A model generated the notes under the pieces. That model was not told the origin of the DNA and did not search any database. It was given only the letters and a program-made list of their open reading frames with translations. 64,000 bases of DNA from assembly GCA_965218095.1 (NCBI GenBank), contig OZ244587.1, forward strand, positions 1,920,001 through 1,984,000, given 5' to 3'. Position numbers and translations under genes: made by a program. This document shows positions 19,831-31,262 of the stretch, piece by piece (the first letter of the stretch is position 1; every line of letters begins with the position of its first letter). The stretch is from Candidatus Poribacteria bacterium. GTDB lineage: Bacteria; Poribacteria; WGA-4E; PCPOR2b.

Positions 19831-22485
19831 TCACAGTGGTAGAGCAAAGTGAAACACCGAACCACTTCCAGGAACGCTCTCCGTCCATATCCCCCCGCCA
19901 TGTTGCAGCAAAATGTGCTTGGCAATCGACAGTCCGAGCCCCGTGCCTCCGCTTGCATCCCGATCAGAGATCGGGGCCATCTCACGCGAGCGCGCCTTAT
20001 CCACCCGGTAGAACCGTTCAAAAATTCGCGGCAGCGCGTCGGAGGGGATGCCGATTCCGGTATCTCTCACATGTACAATGACCTCAGATTCGCTGGCTTC
20101 TGCAAACACCGCGATGCAACCTCCCGCCGGCGTGTACTTAATCGCGTTGTCAATCAAGTTGACCAGAACTTGTCCAATAAGCCGTTTATCCGCAAGCAAG
20201 ACGGGCAGGTCGTCAGACGCCTCCCATTCAAACGTCAGATTGGATTCATCGAATGCGGCGCCAAAGAGGGTCAATATGGTATCTTGAAACTCTTTTATCT
20301 CGCAGAGTTCCAATTTAAGCACCACCTCTCCGGATTCAAGTCGAGACAAATCAAGGAGATCCGAGACCAATTGCGAAAGTTGTGACGACTGCTGGAGAAT
20401 CTTCTCCAAAAAGCGTTGGCTTGCGTCGGTGTCGTCCAAAGCGCCATTTAGCAGTGTTTCCGCATATCCCTGAATCGAGGTCAGCGGCGTGCGCATTTCG
20501 TGAGAAACGTTGGCGACGAAATCTACGCGAATCTGTTCTAATTTCCGCAACTGGCTTACATCGTGGAGACTTACCAGATACTCCCTACCAACAGGCACAA
20601 TAGTAATCTCTGTCTCGCCTTCCGTTATTCCCGCGAGGTTGATTTCCGCAAAGGCGGCTTCTTTTGTATCCGTTGCCTGCTCCAGGAGATGTCGCAAGGC
20701 TGGGGTATGGATGATTTCAATCAATGAACGCCCCTGGTAGTGAACAGGCAGATCCAGCATTGTGACCGCCGCCGAATTCGCATCAGTGATAGCAAACTGC
20801 TCATCAATCAGAAGGACACCCTCGATCATCTTCGATAGGATACTGTCCATCCGGTCGCGTTCCTGAGAGATTTCATGAATCTGCCCCTCAATGCGATCTG
20901 CCATCTGATTGAAATGGCGGGACAATTGCTCCAGTTCACCCGATGGTGTAACGGGAACTCGTGAGGTGAATTCACCCTCTGCAATTAATCTTGTGGCCTG
21001 GGTCAAGTCCCGAATCGGCTTCGTGGTAACTTCTGTGGTAATGATGCTGAACAAGATCGCGAAAACAAAGCCTGCACCGATTGCCAACAGTAGAAGCCAC
21101 CTGAGTTAATCGGTAGCCGTCTCAATTTCCTTCATTGGCAGCGCAACCCGACAGACGCCTATCAACTTCACTTGACGGCGGACCGGCAATGTAAGGTAAC
21201 GTAAGTTTGTTTTTACAGTAGTGCTATATCGATTGGCGATACCAGTCTCCCCCGACAGGGCGGTTTGTACCTCTGGACGATTTCGGTGGTTGTCCATTGC
21301 TCGTAAACTCTCCCCATCGCGCTCCGTATCTCCCCATACAATTCCGTCGCGCCCAATAAAGGTTAGACGCACATTACCCGTCATTCCCAGCCTATCCACA
21401 AAATTGTCTATGATGTCGTAACTATGGTAGATCTTAGAATTAATGGTACATTTGAATAATATCGTGAAGTGTGGTTTCGGGGTGATATTCTCGGTATCGC
21501 TTGATATTGGCAAAATCGTGTTCAATCGGATTGTAATCTGGAGAATAAGGCGGTAGGAACATCAGACTCGCTCCTGAAGCCTCTATCAACTCTCGGGTCC
21601 GAGGTGTTTTGTGAAGCCGCGCATTATCAAGGATTACAACCTGTTTTGAAGTCAAACGTGGACATAACTGTTCAGCTAACCAGTCATTGAAATCTACCGC
21701 TTTGCAGCTCCCTTTGAACACCCGTGCCGCAATAAGTGTCGCTGTCCGGGTGCGTTGGCTTGAGATAAGTCCAAAGACTTTTTCCCCTTTGGGTGCATAC
21801 CCATAACGTCTATAACTTTCGTCTCGAAACCCACTCTCATCGACATAAACAAAAGACTTACCAGAGGCTTTCACTTGTGCGAGTTGCTGAAGATACGCTT
21901 GTCGTTTTTCAGCGCATTGCTCCTTATATCCGAGACTTTTTTTTCGGGTGCAACCGATATTTTTCAGCCCATACCCGATACAAGACTTTGACACACCAAA
22001 ATGAGCTGCGCGCTCGGCGTAGGTCTGGTCTGGAAAATCAGCGACATGTTTTCTCAGCGCATCGGGGTCAAGGGTTCGCGGGCGACGGGGCCCTGGTTTC
22101 TGACGTTTGAGCGGGTCAGGCGCATTCAACCACTTATACAGCGTTGAGCGGGCGACGGAAAAACGGCGGCTCGCTTCGGTCTTGCCACCGCCAGCTACGA
22201 TAAAATCTAAGACGCGTTTGCGTAAATCTAAAGAATAGGCCATAATAACTATAGGATACCAGCAATATAAGAAAATGTCTACTTATTTATAGGGTTCGCC
22301 AGAAATGTGTCAGGCAGCATCTCCAGCAGAAATTCTCGTGTCAGATTTGCCTGTACCTTTAATTCCGTCGTGATTTGCTCACTCAGGTTCTGCTTCAATG
22401 AATGATCCAGATAACCATATATCGCCAGCAAAATGACCAGCACAATCCCCATATAATACAAAATCAATTTAGTTCGGATACTCAT
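19831..22485 (-). pseudogene. phoR: PhoR-type sensor histidine kinase disrupted by IS630 and an in-frame TAA (21106-21108)
   Basis: N-terminus MSIRTKL at 22485, periplasmic 'MDNHRNRPEV', HAMP-PAS, 'DFVANVSHEMRTPLTSIQGYAETL', 'RIFERFYRVDKARSR..GGTGLGL'. Confidence 0.88.
21423..22281 (-). mobile_element. IS630-family element (transposase 21440-22243)
   Basis: MAYSLDLRKRV, YVDESG, ILDNARLH, LPPYSPDYNPIE; TA at both ends. Confidence 0.92.
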
Positions 22486-22659
22486 AATCAACTCATCCTT
22501 CTTTGGTCGCGTCTGATTCGTTAGGCAATCATTGATAAAAATGTGCGCATCGGTAACGAGGTGGTGCTTGTCAACAAGGATGTCATTCAACACGCTGATA
22601 CCAAAAATTATTCCATTCGCGACTATATCATCACGCTGTGATTCCATCGGGAACGGTGA

Positions 22660-23428
22660 TATGATAGTTCAACAAAGTTGGCGTTGGGTGTGAACAACAA
22701 CAGCGGCTCGATCATCTGAAAGTTGGTCGGAAGAAATTGCCTTCGGACAGGGCTTACGCTTGAAGCGGTTGAACATCTAAAGCAGGCCGAAGCGGAGGAG
22801 ATAGATAAAATGGAGCCGCGAGCATTGTTAATCCTGGCTTACTCACATGCGCTTCCAACAAATAAATGATGCCCAATCGCACGGATTAAAACCAGAGTTC
22901 AAACGTGAACGAAGGCTGGCGGCGTTAGGGGAGAAGGAAGTGGAAAACATCCTTGAAATTCTGTCTGAACGTTCTCGCCTCCAAAAAGACGCAATGCAGA
23001 TACGAATCGACAAGAGAACTATCGCTGTTCCTGTACTCCTTGACGCGCTAGGCAAAGCCCAGTATCAAAACGTCCAAGGTGACATCATTGATATGTTGTA
23101 TGAAATCGGTCTTGAGGCGATTGACGCAATCGTCGCTGCGGTTCAGGACCTCAACACGTCAACTGCCGTGAAGATCGTGCTTGTTCGGCTAATCGGAAGG
23201 ATTGACGGGGGACGGGTTACTGGCGATTCAGAGACAATTCGCAATAGCACCGACGATGCCGGATTGGAGATGGAAATCAGCACAGCTCTCTACAAACTTG
23301 GGCAGACGGAATATCGGTCGGTGGTGGACTTACAACTGACCTACAACCTGGACCAATATTTTCAACACACAGAACAGAATGAACTGGTTAAAAGTGAGTT
23401 GAGACGTCTTCTTTTTGGGCTAGAATAA
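22660..23428 (+). pseudogene. HEAT-repeat protein, degraded at the 5' end
   Basis: Helical repeat-like ORF 22847-23428; upstream coding-like sequence is broken by stops and frameshifts. Confidence 0.45.
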
Positions 23429-23429
23429 G

Positions 23430-25061
23430 TCAAACTAATCGTTTATCCCTCAGATCCACTGTCAGATCCTTCACTTCCCGAATTATCTCTTTTTCTTTTT
23501 GGGCGAGTCCGTCAAAAAGTGCGGGAACAGTGACATCTTTCGTCTTTTCCGCGTAACGATCCGGAGTGATTCCCAGATATTTAACGGAAAGGTAATATTC
23601 TGGGTCTTGCCTCGTCACGGCGCCATCAAGAATATTTCCAGTTTCCCGCTTTCCATAGCTAACAGTGTAGCACCTGCCTGTTTTCTGGTTGACAACCGTA
23701 TACCCGCCCTCATCAATAGTCTCGTTCCAGCATTTCTCAAAACCACTTGCCGGCATCCTATCTCTCAGGTCTTGAGCGGAACGGATAACGACCTTTTCAT
23801 GAATTGGCTCTCTTATGACAATCAAGCCATCGTCTTTCACCCGCTGCGGGGATGGACCTTGCATCAGATACACGTTATCTACAGTATACACTACACCATT
23901 TTTTATGCCCTTTGCCAGGTTGAGATGTCTCTCGACAATATCCTCATTGAAGGGATGGAGCTGGTATTGGCCATTCGCGCTTAAAACCCACCGTAATTTT
24001 CTTCGGTATTCGATATCAGCAAACCTGTCATTTGGGAGGGGTACCGCTACCTTTAGATCGTAACCCACAAACAGGTCATTTGTCAGATTTAATCGAGATT
24101 CTCGTGTATCTGCCAAAAGCGTTAATCCGGTCTGACTTTTGGAGAGGACTCGACCAATGAGGCTACCCCGTCGTAATGCGCGGATTTCTTGAGAGATTAA
24201 TGCCAGCGTTTGCGGGGCCATATCCTCAACCATAATCTTATGTTCCCACCTTGTGCCTCTCTCGTGGGCAAGGAGTTGAAATTGTTGGGTGTCACCATCT
24301 GACCGAATATACCCGAGTACGGTCCACGGGTCAAAGGTGGTGCGGTATCCATCCGCTGCTCGCGAAACTGCACCCGCGAGGACGCAATCCCGTCTTTCAT
24401 ATCGTGAATATACCTCAAATTGAAATTCCAAATGGTTAAACGATTCTAATGTTTCTGAGAGATCTCTGGCAAACTCATCTCCACTGGGAAAGGGTTTAAA
24501 AATCGCTGCTGTTTGGGAAGGGTGGTTCAGGGCATCAAGAAATTTTCCGATTGGAATCCCCTCTATACCAAATCCCTGACCGAAGATCTTGGTTTTGGTT
24601 TTAAAAGGCGGTTGCCGCAAAAATAAATCGCGTTGCGAGACAAGCTGTAATGCCGGGTCTTCAGACAAATCTTCTATGGTAGAGGCATCTCCGAAAACCC
24701 TTTCTTGCAGCGTATTATCTACGCTTTTAGTCAGCTCGGTGCCTTGTTTGAGCTCCGCAAAATGGACGATGTCATTTACGGTATAACGAAGTGGCGCGCT
24801 GGAAGAGAGGTTGTCATAGTTAGAACGGTGGAACCGTATTCTTGGCTTAATCCGAAGGACAGGGATGAGACCGTAATCTCTCAATAAAGCATACAAAGTG
24901 ACTGTATAAGATTCGGCATGTATTTTTCGTTCTAAAATTCCATTTTGTGCAGGAATTTCCCTGGCTAAACCGTCTCCTCGAATTAAGTGTTCCTGGACGG
25001 AATCGCTGTCATTTCCAAAGATGATCATTCGGTGTTCTTCTCTGCTATCGTCTATCATCAA
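23430..25061 (-). CDS. Putative VTC/CYTH (triphosphate tunnel metalloenzyme)-like protein, possibly two domains
   Basis: LERKI...VTLY...KPRIR..Y...FAELK...YSRYERR...RTTFD...EHK...SKSQTG occur in the same order as VTC-domain motifs. Confidence 0.55.
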   Translation of the reverse strand: MMIDDSREEHRMIIFGNDSDSVQEHLIRGDGLAREIPAQNGILERKIHAESYTVTLYALLRDYGLIPVLRIKPRIRFHRSNYDNLSSSAPLRYTVNDIVHFAELKQGTELTKSVDNTLQERVFGDASTIEDLSEDPALQLVSQRDLFLRQPPFKTKTKIFGQGFGIEGIPIGKFLDALNHPSQTAAIFKPFPSGDEFARDLSETLESFNHLEFQFEVYSRYERRDCVLAGAVSRAADGYRTTFDPWTVLGYIRSDGDTQQFQLLAHERGTRWEHKIMVEDMAPQTLALISQEIRALRRGSLIGRVLSKSQTGLTLLADTRESRLNLTNDLFVGYDLKVAVPLPNDRFADIEYRRKLRWVLSANGQYQLHPFNEDIVERHLNLAKGIKNGVVYTVDNVYLMQGPSPQRVKDDGLIVIREPIHEKVVIRSAQDLRDRMPASGFEKCWNETIDEGGYTVVNQKTGRCYTVSYGKRETGNILDGAVTRQDPEYYLSVKYLGITPDRYAEKTKDVTVPALFDGLAQKEKEIIREVKDLTVDLRDKRLV

Positions 25062-25125
25062 TGGACACCTCCACTATTGAAAATCAGTAATATATTGAAA
25101 TCGAGAGAAATTATACCATGAAAAT

Positions 25126-25872
25126 CTAAAATGATAAAGTCAAGTTAACTTCTTTCCATAAATTCTGATATGACTTTGAGTCCATGGATTCGGGTGCAAA
25201 AACTATAACCGGCTCTCGCTCAATTCCCATTTTTTCGACGTGTGATAGATAAGGAATAGAACTCTGTAAAACACCATCGAATTCCTTCAACACTGTAGCC
25301 ATGAATTCATTGTGCATCTTTTTGCGCCTGTCAGCCATCGAAAAGAAAGTGTAAAACTTACCTGTGTCGTATTTATTCTTTTTGAGGAAAGAGAGTAATT
25401 GCTTATGACTTCGCACGGACAATGTCGTCGGAATCAGGGGAACAAGGATGTAATCGGCGGCGTTGAATATATTCTCTGCCAGGAGGCTGATGGTGGACGG
25501 ACAGTCCAGAATAATCAAATCATATTCGTCTCGGAGCGGATTCAAGATTTTATCCAGTCGCTGTTTTGAGCGCTTCACTTTATCAAAAGTGACAGCTAGA
25601 TTACGATGCGTGAAATCCGCTGGCAGTAAATCTAACTTTTCATAATCCGTGCCTTTGATACTTCTTTCAATGTGCTTCCCGCCCTTAATGAACCCCTTTG
25701 CTCGGGACTTGAGCTTGGGTTTGACTCGAAAATAATATGTTGTCGAACTTTGCGGATCCAGATCGCAGATGAGGGTTTTAATACCTGCCTGCGCTGCCAG
25801 AAAAGATAAATTGACGGCTGCCGCGGTTTTTCCGACTCCACCCTTATTACTATAGACTGCAAGCGTTTTCAT
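25126..25872 (-). CDS. ParA/Soj-family ATPase (no parB nearby)
   Basis: KGGVGKT, DLDPQ, IILDCP; start overlaps the CHAD stop (TGATG). Confidence 0.92.
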   Translation of the reverse strand: MKTLAVYSNKGGVGKTAAAVNLSFLAAQAGIKTLICDLDPQSSTTYYFRVKPKLKSRAKGFIKGGKHIERSIKGTDYEKLDLLPADFTHRNLAVTFDKVKRSKQRLDKILNPLRDEYDLIILDCPSTISLLAENIFNAADYILVPLIPTTLSVRSHKQLLSFLKKNKYDTGKFYTFFSMADRRKKMHNEFMATVLKEFDGVLQSSIPYLSHVEKMGIEREPVIVFAPESMDSKSYQNLWKEVNLTLSF

Positions 25873-27440
25873 CAAACCACCTTTCCCTTTTTGGCGGTGA
25901 ACAGTTCCCGACATAACTTTTTATTTGAAGGCGATGTGAAATCAGTGAAAATATTCGAAAATGAGTCCTTCAAGATCTGGCTTTCTTCGTCCAGCTTTCC
26001 AATCAGGCTGCCGATTGCCAAAATGGTGCTTCTGGACTGGGGGTCGATTATCGTCAGTTCTTCAGCGATGTGCGTGAGATATTCCTTCTGAACACGCAGA
26101 TTATTATAGTCGCCCAGGTTATCCTGCAATCTCTTTAATTGCTTAATCAAGATCGAGATTTTATCGTCGGGGAAAAGACTGGAAAAGAACTCCATCAGAT
26201 ACCGTAGTTTTTTACATTCGATTCTCAATTCGTGTAGTCGTCCATCCGTCGCGTTTTCAAGAATTTGGGCGCCAGTTTTTACAACCATCCGGTATACTTT
26301 ATAAATTCTTCTGCGTGCCAGGTCAATTGCTGGCACGTCAGCATTAGGTGCCCTTGGGGAATTCTCCGGCGGTTGGTTTAAGAATGTTTCCCAATCTTCC
26401 AAGATTTCTGAATATTGTTCGGAATTCAAGCCATTAGTGACGTCTTCTAACGCCTTAGACCGTTTTCCTCGTAAAAAGTCGAACAAGGGATCGATTTCGT
26501 CGCGCAAGGTCGCGGGGAGCATCGCTTTGTAGGCTTTCTCTGTAAGGAGGTAGACATCTAAATCCCGCAACAGATTTGAAAGTTTACCCAGTAAAGAAAA
26601 ATCTCTCCGAAATCGGTCGGTTGTTTCTGTTGGAAAGACATCTTTAATCTGACTTAAAGCGGAACGGGTACGGCGAATAGCGACGCGAAAATCATGCAAA
26701 AACTCTGTGTCGAGGTCTGCCTTGATGTAATTTTCATTGATTTTGATGGCTTTCAATAGAAAGCGCAGAATCACTTTAGCCGCTTCATCCGCACGCATAT
26801 CAGGGTCAAGTTGTAGCCTTAATTTTAAAGAATAATCGCCAGGCGTTTTATTGACGGTCTCAAGGGCCTTGAAATATATCTCATCTGTTTTGATTGTCGT
26901 AAATCCCAGTTCCTCAAGTTGGTTGACCAACTTTCGATAATATTTCGGATACCCCCTGACAGGTTTCAAGCATAGATGGGCAGCCAACATCGGCGTATGT
27001 GCTTGATGGGGCGGTCGAATTTCTTCATAGACGAATCGCACCACGGTTTTTTCATCTTGATTCAAAATGCGATAAGAAGTTGATTGAGAATGTATTTCAG
27101 CGAGTTTCAGAAGCGCCCGCATTTCTATGATTGGTGCCAACAACTCTTTGAATTCGCCATCAGGAAAATCCCATAGGAAAACAGGTTGAGAAGTGATTTT
27201 GCCATTCTGGATAATCGTGAGTCCGGACAATCGGCGCAGAATGAGATCGCTTTCGGAGGCATACAACACAAGCAATTTATTGAATAGCCGCCAGTCAAAT
27301 GTATCGTAGATGGCGAAACTCGCCGCAGTGAATGCCTCTCTTCTGACTAAATAATGGTTCGCCAATTCGCTAATGATTCGCCCCTCATCATACCCATCTG
27401 GTAACCTGAGTGGGACTTCATGAGGCTCTGTTTTCACCAT
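25872..27440 (-). CDS. CHAD-domain protein with degenerate CYTH-like N-terminus (polyphosphate-binding family)
   Basis: YDTFDWRL; EFLHDFRVAIRRTRS; RDLDV; LHELRIECKKLRY; LQDNLGDYN. Confidence 0.92.
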   Translation of the reverse strand: MVKTEPHEVPLRLPDGYDEGRIISELANHYLVRREAFTAASFAIYDTFDWRLFNKLLVLYASESDLILRRLSGLTIIQNGKITSQPVFLWDFPDGEFKELLAPIIEMRALLKLAEIHSQSTSYRILNQDEKTVVRFVYEEIRPPHQAHTPMLAAHLCLKPVRGYPKYYRKLVNQLEELGFTTIKTDEIYFKALETVNKTPGDYSLKLRLQLDPDMRADEAAKVILRFLLKAIKINENYIKADLDTEFLHDFRVAIRRTRSALSQIKDVFPTETTDRFRRDFSLLGKLSNLLRDLDVYLLTEKAYKAMLPATLRDEIDPLFDFLRGKRSKALEDVTNGLNSEQYSEILEDWETFLNQPPENSPRAPNADVPAIDLARRRIYKVYRMVVKTGAQILENATDGRLHELRIECKKLRYLMEFFSSLFPDDKISILIKQLKRLQDNLGDYNNLRVQKEYLTHIAEELTIIDPQSRSTILAIGSLIGKLDEESQILKDSFSNIFTDFTSPSNKKLCRELFTAKKGKVV

Positions 27441-27581
27441 GAAAGCTCCTTGAAATTCGGTTGATTGTCTGTCTTTCTACTCAGCCCTCAACTTACGACG
27501 ATTTTTGCATGTCTGCACACCCTCATTTTCGATATGGGCTTCCCTCTTATGATTGATTTGATAAGGGGTAAGATTCTACTA

Positions 27582-28042
27582 TTGTGATTTCTCTTTGTCA
27601 GCAGATTTTGTGACACGTAAAGTGTCCTATGGTGCGTACGCAATGCGACTGGGATTCTTCAAATTTATACCAATGCCCCTACTGGGGGATGATTGGCTCC
27701 GAGGCATGGAGAAAAGTGCACCCAAATCGGCTCTGACATTGAGGGATTTCGATTTGCCACAAAAAAGCTGAGAGAATGTCAAAATTTTGTAACATCCTCA
27801 AATTATACTTTTGTGATTTCTCTTTGTCAACAGATTTTGTGACAAGAAAGTGTCCTATGGTGCGTACGCAATGCGACTAGGATTCTTCAAATTTATACCA
27901 ATGCCCCTACTGGGGGATGATTGGCTCCGAGGCATGGAGAAAAGTGCACCCAAATCGGCTCTGACATTGAGGGATTTCGATTTGCCACAAAAAAGCTGAG
28001 AGAATGTCAAAATTTTGTAACATCCTCAAATTATACTTTTGT
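27582..28042. repeat. Tandem duplication of about 229 bp in the divergent CHAD/TonB-receptor promoter region
   Basis: Copies start at 27582 and 27811; near-identical, with a few substitutions and a 1-bp indel. Confidence 0.95.
27777..27794 (+). promoter_or_regulatory. Pho-box-like direct repeat (second copy at 28005-28022)
   Basis: TGTCA-N6-TGTAA with 11-bp spacing, upstream of the TonB-dependent receptor. Confidence 0.6.
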
Positions 28043-28155
28043 TTGTCATGATCAAGATGCAAGATTCAGACTCAGTTAGCGTTGTAGGTCGAGATTCCGA
28101 TCTCAACAGAATTAAAGAAACAGTTTCATACTTACTTGAAAGAAGAAAGACATCA

Positions 28156-30966
28156 ATGAAGTGGTTGCTTTTGTGTGCCTTTGTTGCGCGGCTTTGCGTG
28201 CCATTAACACTCACTGCGCAACAAGCCGGAAGAATTGAAGGGATGATTATCGATCAAGCGACGGAAGCGCCGATAGCAGGTGCAATTGTCATATTGAGCG
28301 CCACCAAACAGCGCGTATCAACGGATGGGGACGGGATGTTTATTCTCGAAGTACCCTTAGGCATGTACAACATCAGCGTCAGATTTCCTTTCTATCTCAC
28401 GCAGACAGTATCTGGAATTGAGGTCACCGAAGCACAGCCGACGCAGACCCTCCGTGTCGTCCTCATACCTCAAGTAATTAAGCTAGATCCTGTACACCTC
28501 CCCCTCCTTTTGAGTCAATCGAGTGAAGTCGGTCTTTTGGAGAAACGGCGACAGAGCTTTGTGGTTGAATATAGTATCAGCACGGAATTGATGGGCAAGC
28601 TCCCCGTTTCGGATGCCGGGGACGCGCTGAAACGGGTCACTGGCATCAGCATCGGCGGCGGGCAATATGTTTATGTACGCGGACTTGGAGAACGCTACAG
28701 TAACACTTTATTGAACAGTATCCAGATTCCAAGCCCTGAGCCAAATCGTCGGGTTGTGCCGATGGATATCTTTCCCGTCAATCTCCTAGAAAGTCTCCAG
28801 ACCGTCAAGACTTTTTCTCCCGATCAGCCGGGCAACTTCGCAGGCGGTTCAGTACAAGTTTTCACCAAAGACTTCCCGGAAGCCTTCACCACGTCGCTAT
28901 CAATGTCCATCAGCTTCAACACAGAAACGACGGGAAAGGATGTGCTGGCATATCCAGGTGGGGATTTAGACGCGCTTGGGTTTGATGACGGTACACGAGC
29001 GCTCCCCGATATTATTGCAGATAACGTGGAAGACACCCCCATCCGCGAACGAGGGCGTTTTACAACGAGCGGATTTACACCGAAAGAAATTCAGACATTT
29101 GGCAGAGCCTTTGACAACACCTGGTCGCCACAAAGGGATGAGGCGCAAGCCAATCAGGGTTACAAGTTCAACATTGGGAACACCACCCGACTCGCCGGAA
29201 AAGAATTCGGATATCTCGGCGTGATCTCGTACGGCAATGGTCATAGTTATCGCGCAGAAGAAGAACGCAATGCGTTTAGACTCGGTTTGAATGATGAACT
29301 CACGCCGGTGACTGCATATCTGGTGGAACGAAGCGCAAACGATGTCAGTTGGGGCGGGGTGCTGAACACAAGCATGCGCTTTTTGCCCGGACACAAGATG
29401 AGTGTGAGGACGCTCTATAGCCATACCGCCGAGGATGAAACGCGAACTTGGGAGGGATTCAATGCAGACCGTAATACCGACATGCGAAGTTCGCGTCTGC
29501 TCTATGTTGAGCGCGGACTCTTCTCGGGGCAACTCGCCGGCGACCACGGATTCAGATCGGAACTGGAAGCCGCGGAAGAAAGCGATGCAGAATCTGGTTT
29601 CAAACCTGCGCCAACACTGTCCTGGCGTTTGACGTTCTCTCGCGCAACGCGGAACGAGCCTGACACCCGTGAGATGGTCTATGAAAAACGCGGCGATGAC
29701 TGGTTCTTCCGTGACATTACCTAGAGCGGCAGTCGGTTCTTCTTTGATCTGAAGGACGACGACATCAGCAGCAGACTAGATTGGTCAATGCCGTTGGGTT
29801 CAAAAGGATTATTCAAAACAGGTGGAATGTGGCGCGATCGGGACAGAACCTTTGATGCCCATCGATTTCGGTTTCTGCCATTTGACAACGTTGACCGACT
29901 TGTAGATCTTTCCGTGCCGCCGGAAGCACTTTTTCAGATCGAGAATATCGCCCCTCGTGTTTTTGAACTTCGCGAGTCTACGCGGGCAACAGACAATTAC
30001 CTCGCTGCCCACGATGTGTGGGCTGGCTATGCCATGATCGATTTGCCTTTGTCAAAGAAGTTTCGTTTGACAGCCGGCGCTCGGCTGGAAGTCTCCGATC
30101 AGAACGTCACAACCTTTGACCCTTTCTCCCCTCAGGCAACGCCGATTGTTGCGGATTTGGACACAACCGATATTCTGCCAAGTCTGAATTTGACATACCG
30201 ACTGACAGACCAGATGAATCTTCGCCTGGCGAGGTCACGCACGGTGACACGACCAGACCTTCGGGAGCTTGCGCCCTTCGAATTTACGGACTTCGTCGGC
30301 GGCCGGACGATTTTCGGCAATCCAAACCTTGAGCGAACCTTGATTGACAACTACGATCTCCGCTGGGAGGTCTTCCCGGAATTGGGCGGGGTCGTGGCAA
30401 TCAGTGGGTTCTATAAAAAATTCCACAAACCGATTGAGCAGATTATCCAACCGGCGGCGGAAGTTCGGATTACCTACGAAAACGCAGAAGCTGCACGCAA
30501 TTATGGGGTTGAATTAGAATTACGCCAAAACTTGAGCGTCCTCTATTCGAGACTTCAGCACTTCTCTGTCAACACCAATGTCGCTTTCATCTCTTCGAGA
30601 GTTGAGTTGCCTGACGTTGGTATTCAGACCTCTTCCGAGCGTGCGCTTCAAGGTCAGTCGCCCTATGTTGTGAACGCAACCCTCGGTTATGACAACCCTG
30701 ATTGGGGAATAACCGCCGCACTTGCTTATCACGTCTTCGGGCATTGGATTGCAGAGGTAGGAAACCATGGCAATCCGGATGTGTTCGAGACGCCGCGTTC
30801 CCAATTGGACACGACATTTGGGAGACAACTGCTCCCATTTCTTCTTTTCAGTTTTTCAGCAAAGAATTTGCTGAATCCTGACGTCACCTTAGAACAAGGT
30901 GGCGAAACTTACGTGCACTATCGCACAGGTCGGACATTTTCGTTCGGCCTGAGTTACAGTCTCTGA
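28156..30966 (+). pseudogene. TonB-dependent receptor with internal TAG at 29722-29724
   Basis: Carboxypeptidase-like N-domain, plug 'YVYVRGLGERYSNTLLN', 'RPDLRELAPF..GNPNL', barrel end FGLSYSL; both ORFs are in one frame. Confidence 0.9.
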
Positions 30967-31070
30967 TTAAATCAGGGAACAGAGAGGCAGGAAACTGAAT
31001 GTCTCCTTGAGTCCGTGCATCTTTGCATTGATTGTTTTTGTTCCGTCGGTGAGGCAGTGTCCCACCGTCT

Positions 31071-31222
31071 TATACCAATTTGCACTAAAGCGGGTAATTT
31101 CTGTCATTCTGAGGCTTTGCGAAGAATCTGACTCAGAGATCCTTCGCGCAGTTTATCCCGATCGCAGATTGGGACTCAGGATGACAAGCGAAAGTTACTT
31201 CCTAAAACGCAAAATGGTATTA
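31071..31222. repeat. MITE-like palindromic element
   Basis: Ends TATACCAATTTGC / GCAAAATGGTATTA enclose GTCATTCTGAG...GAAGAATCT...AGATCCTTCG...CTCAGGATGAC. Confidence 0.6.
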
Positions 31223-31262
31223 CTACACCAAAAATCTAAACAAAAATAAGGAGTTCAATTCA

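Noticed and set aside
25126-25872. Plasmid or chromosome partition locus
   Set aside because: No parB, rep or parS seen; the gene is coupled to CHAD in a chromosomal context.
27582-28042. CRISPR array
   Set aside because: Only two long contiguous copies, with no spacers and no cas genes.
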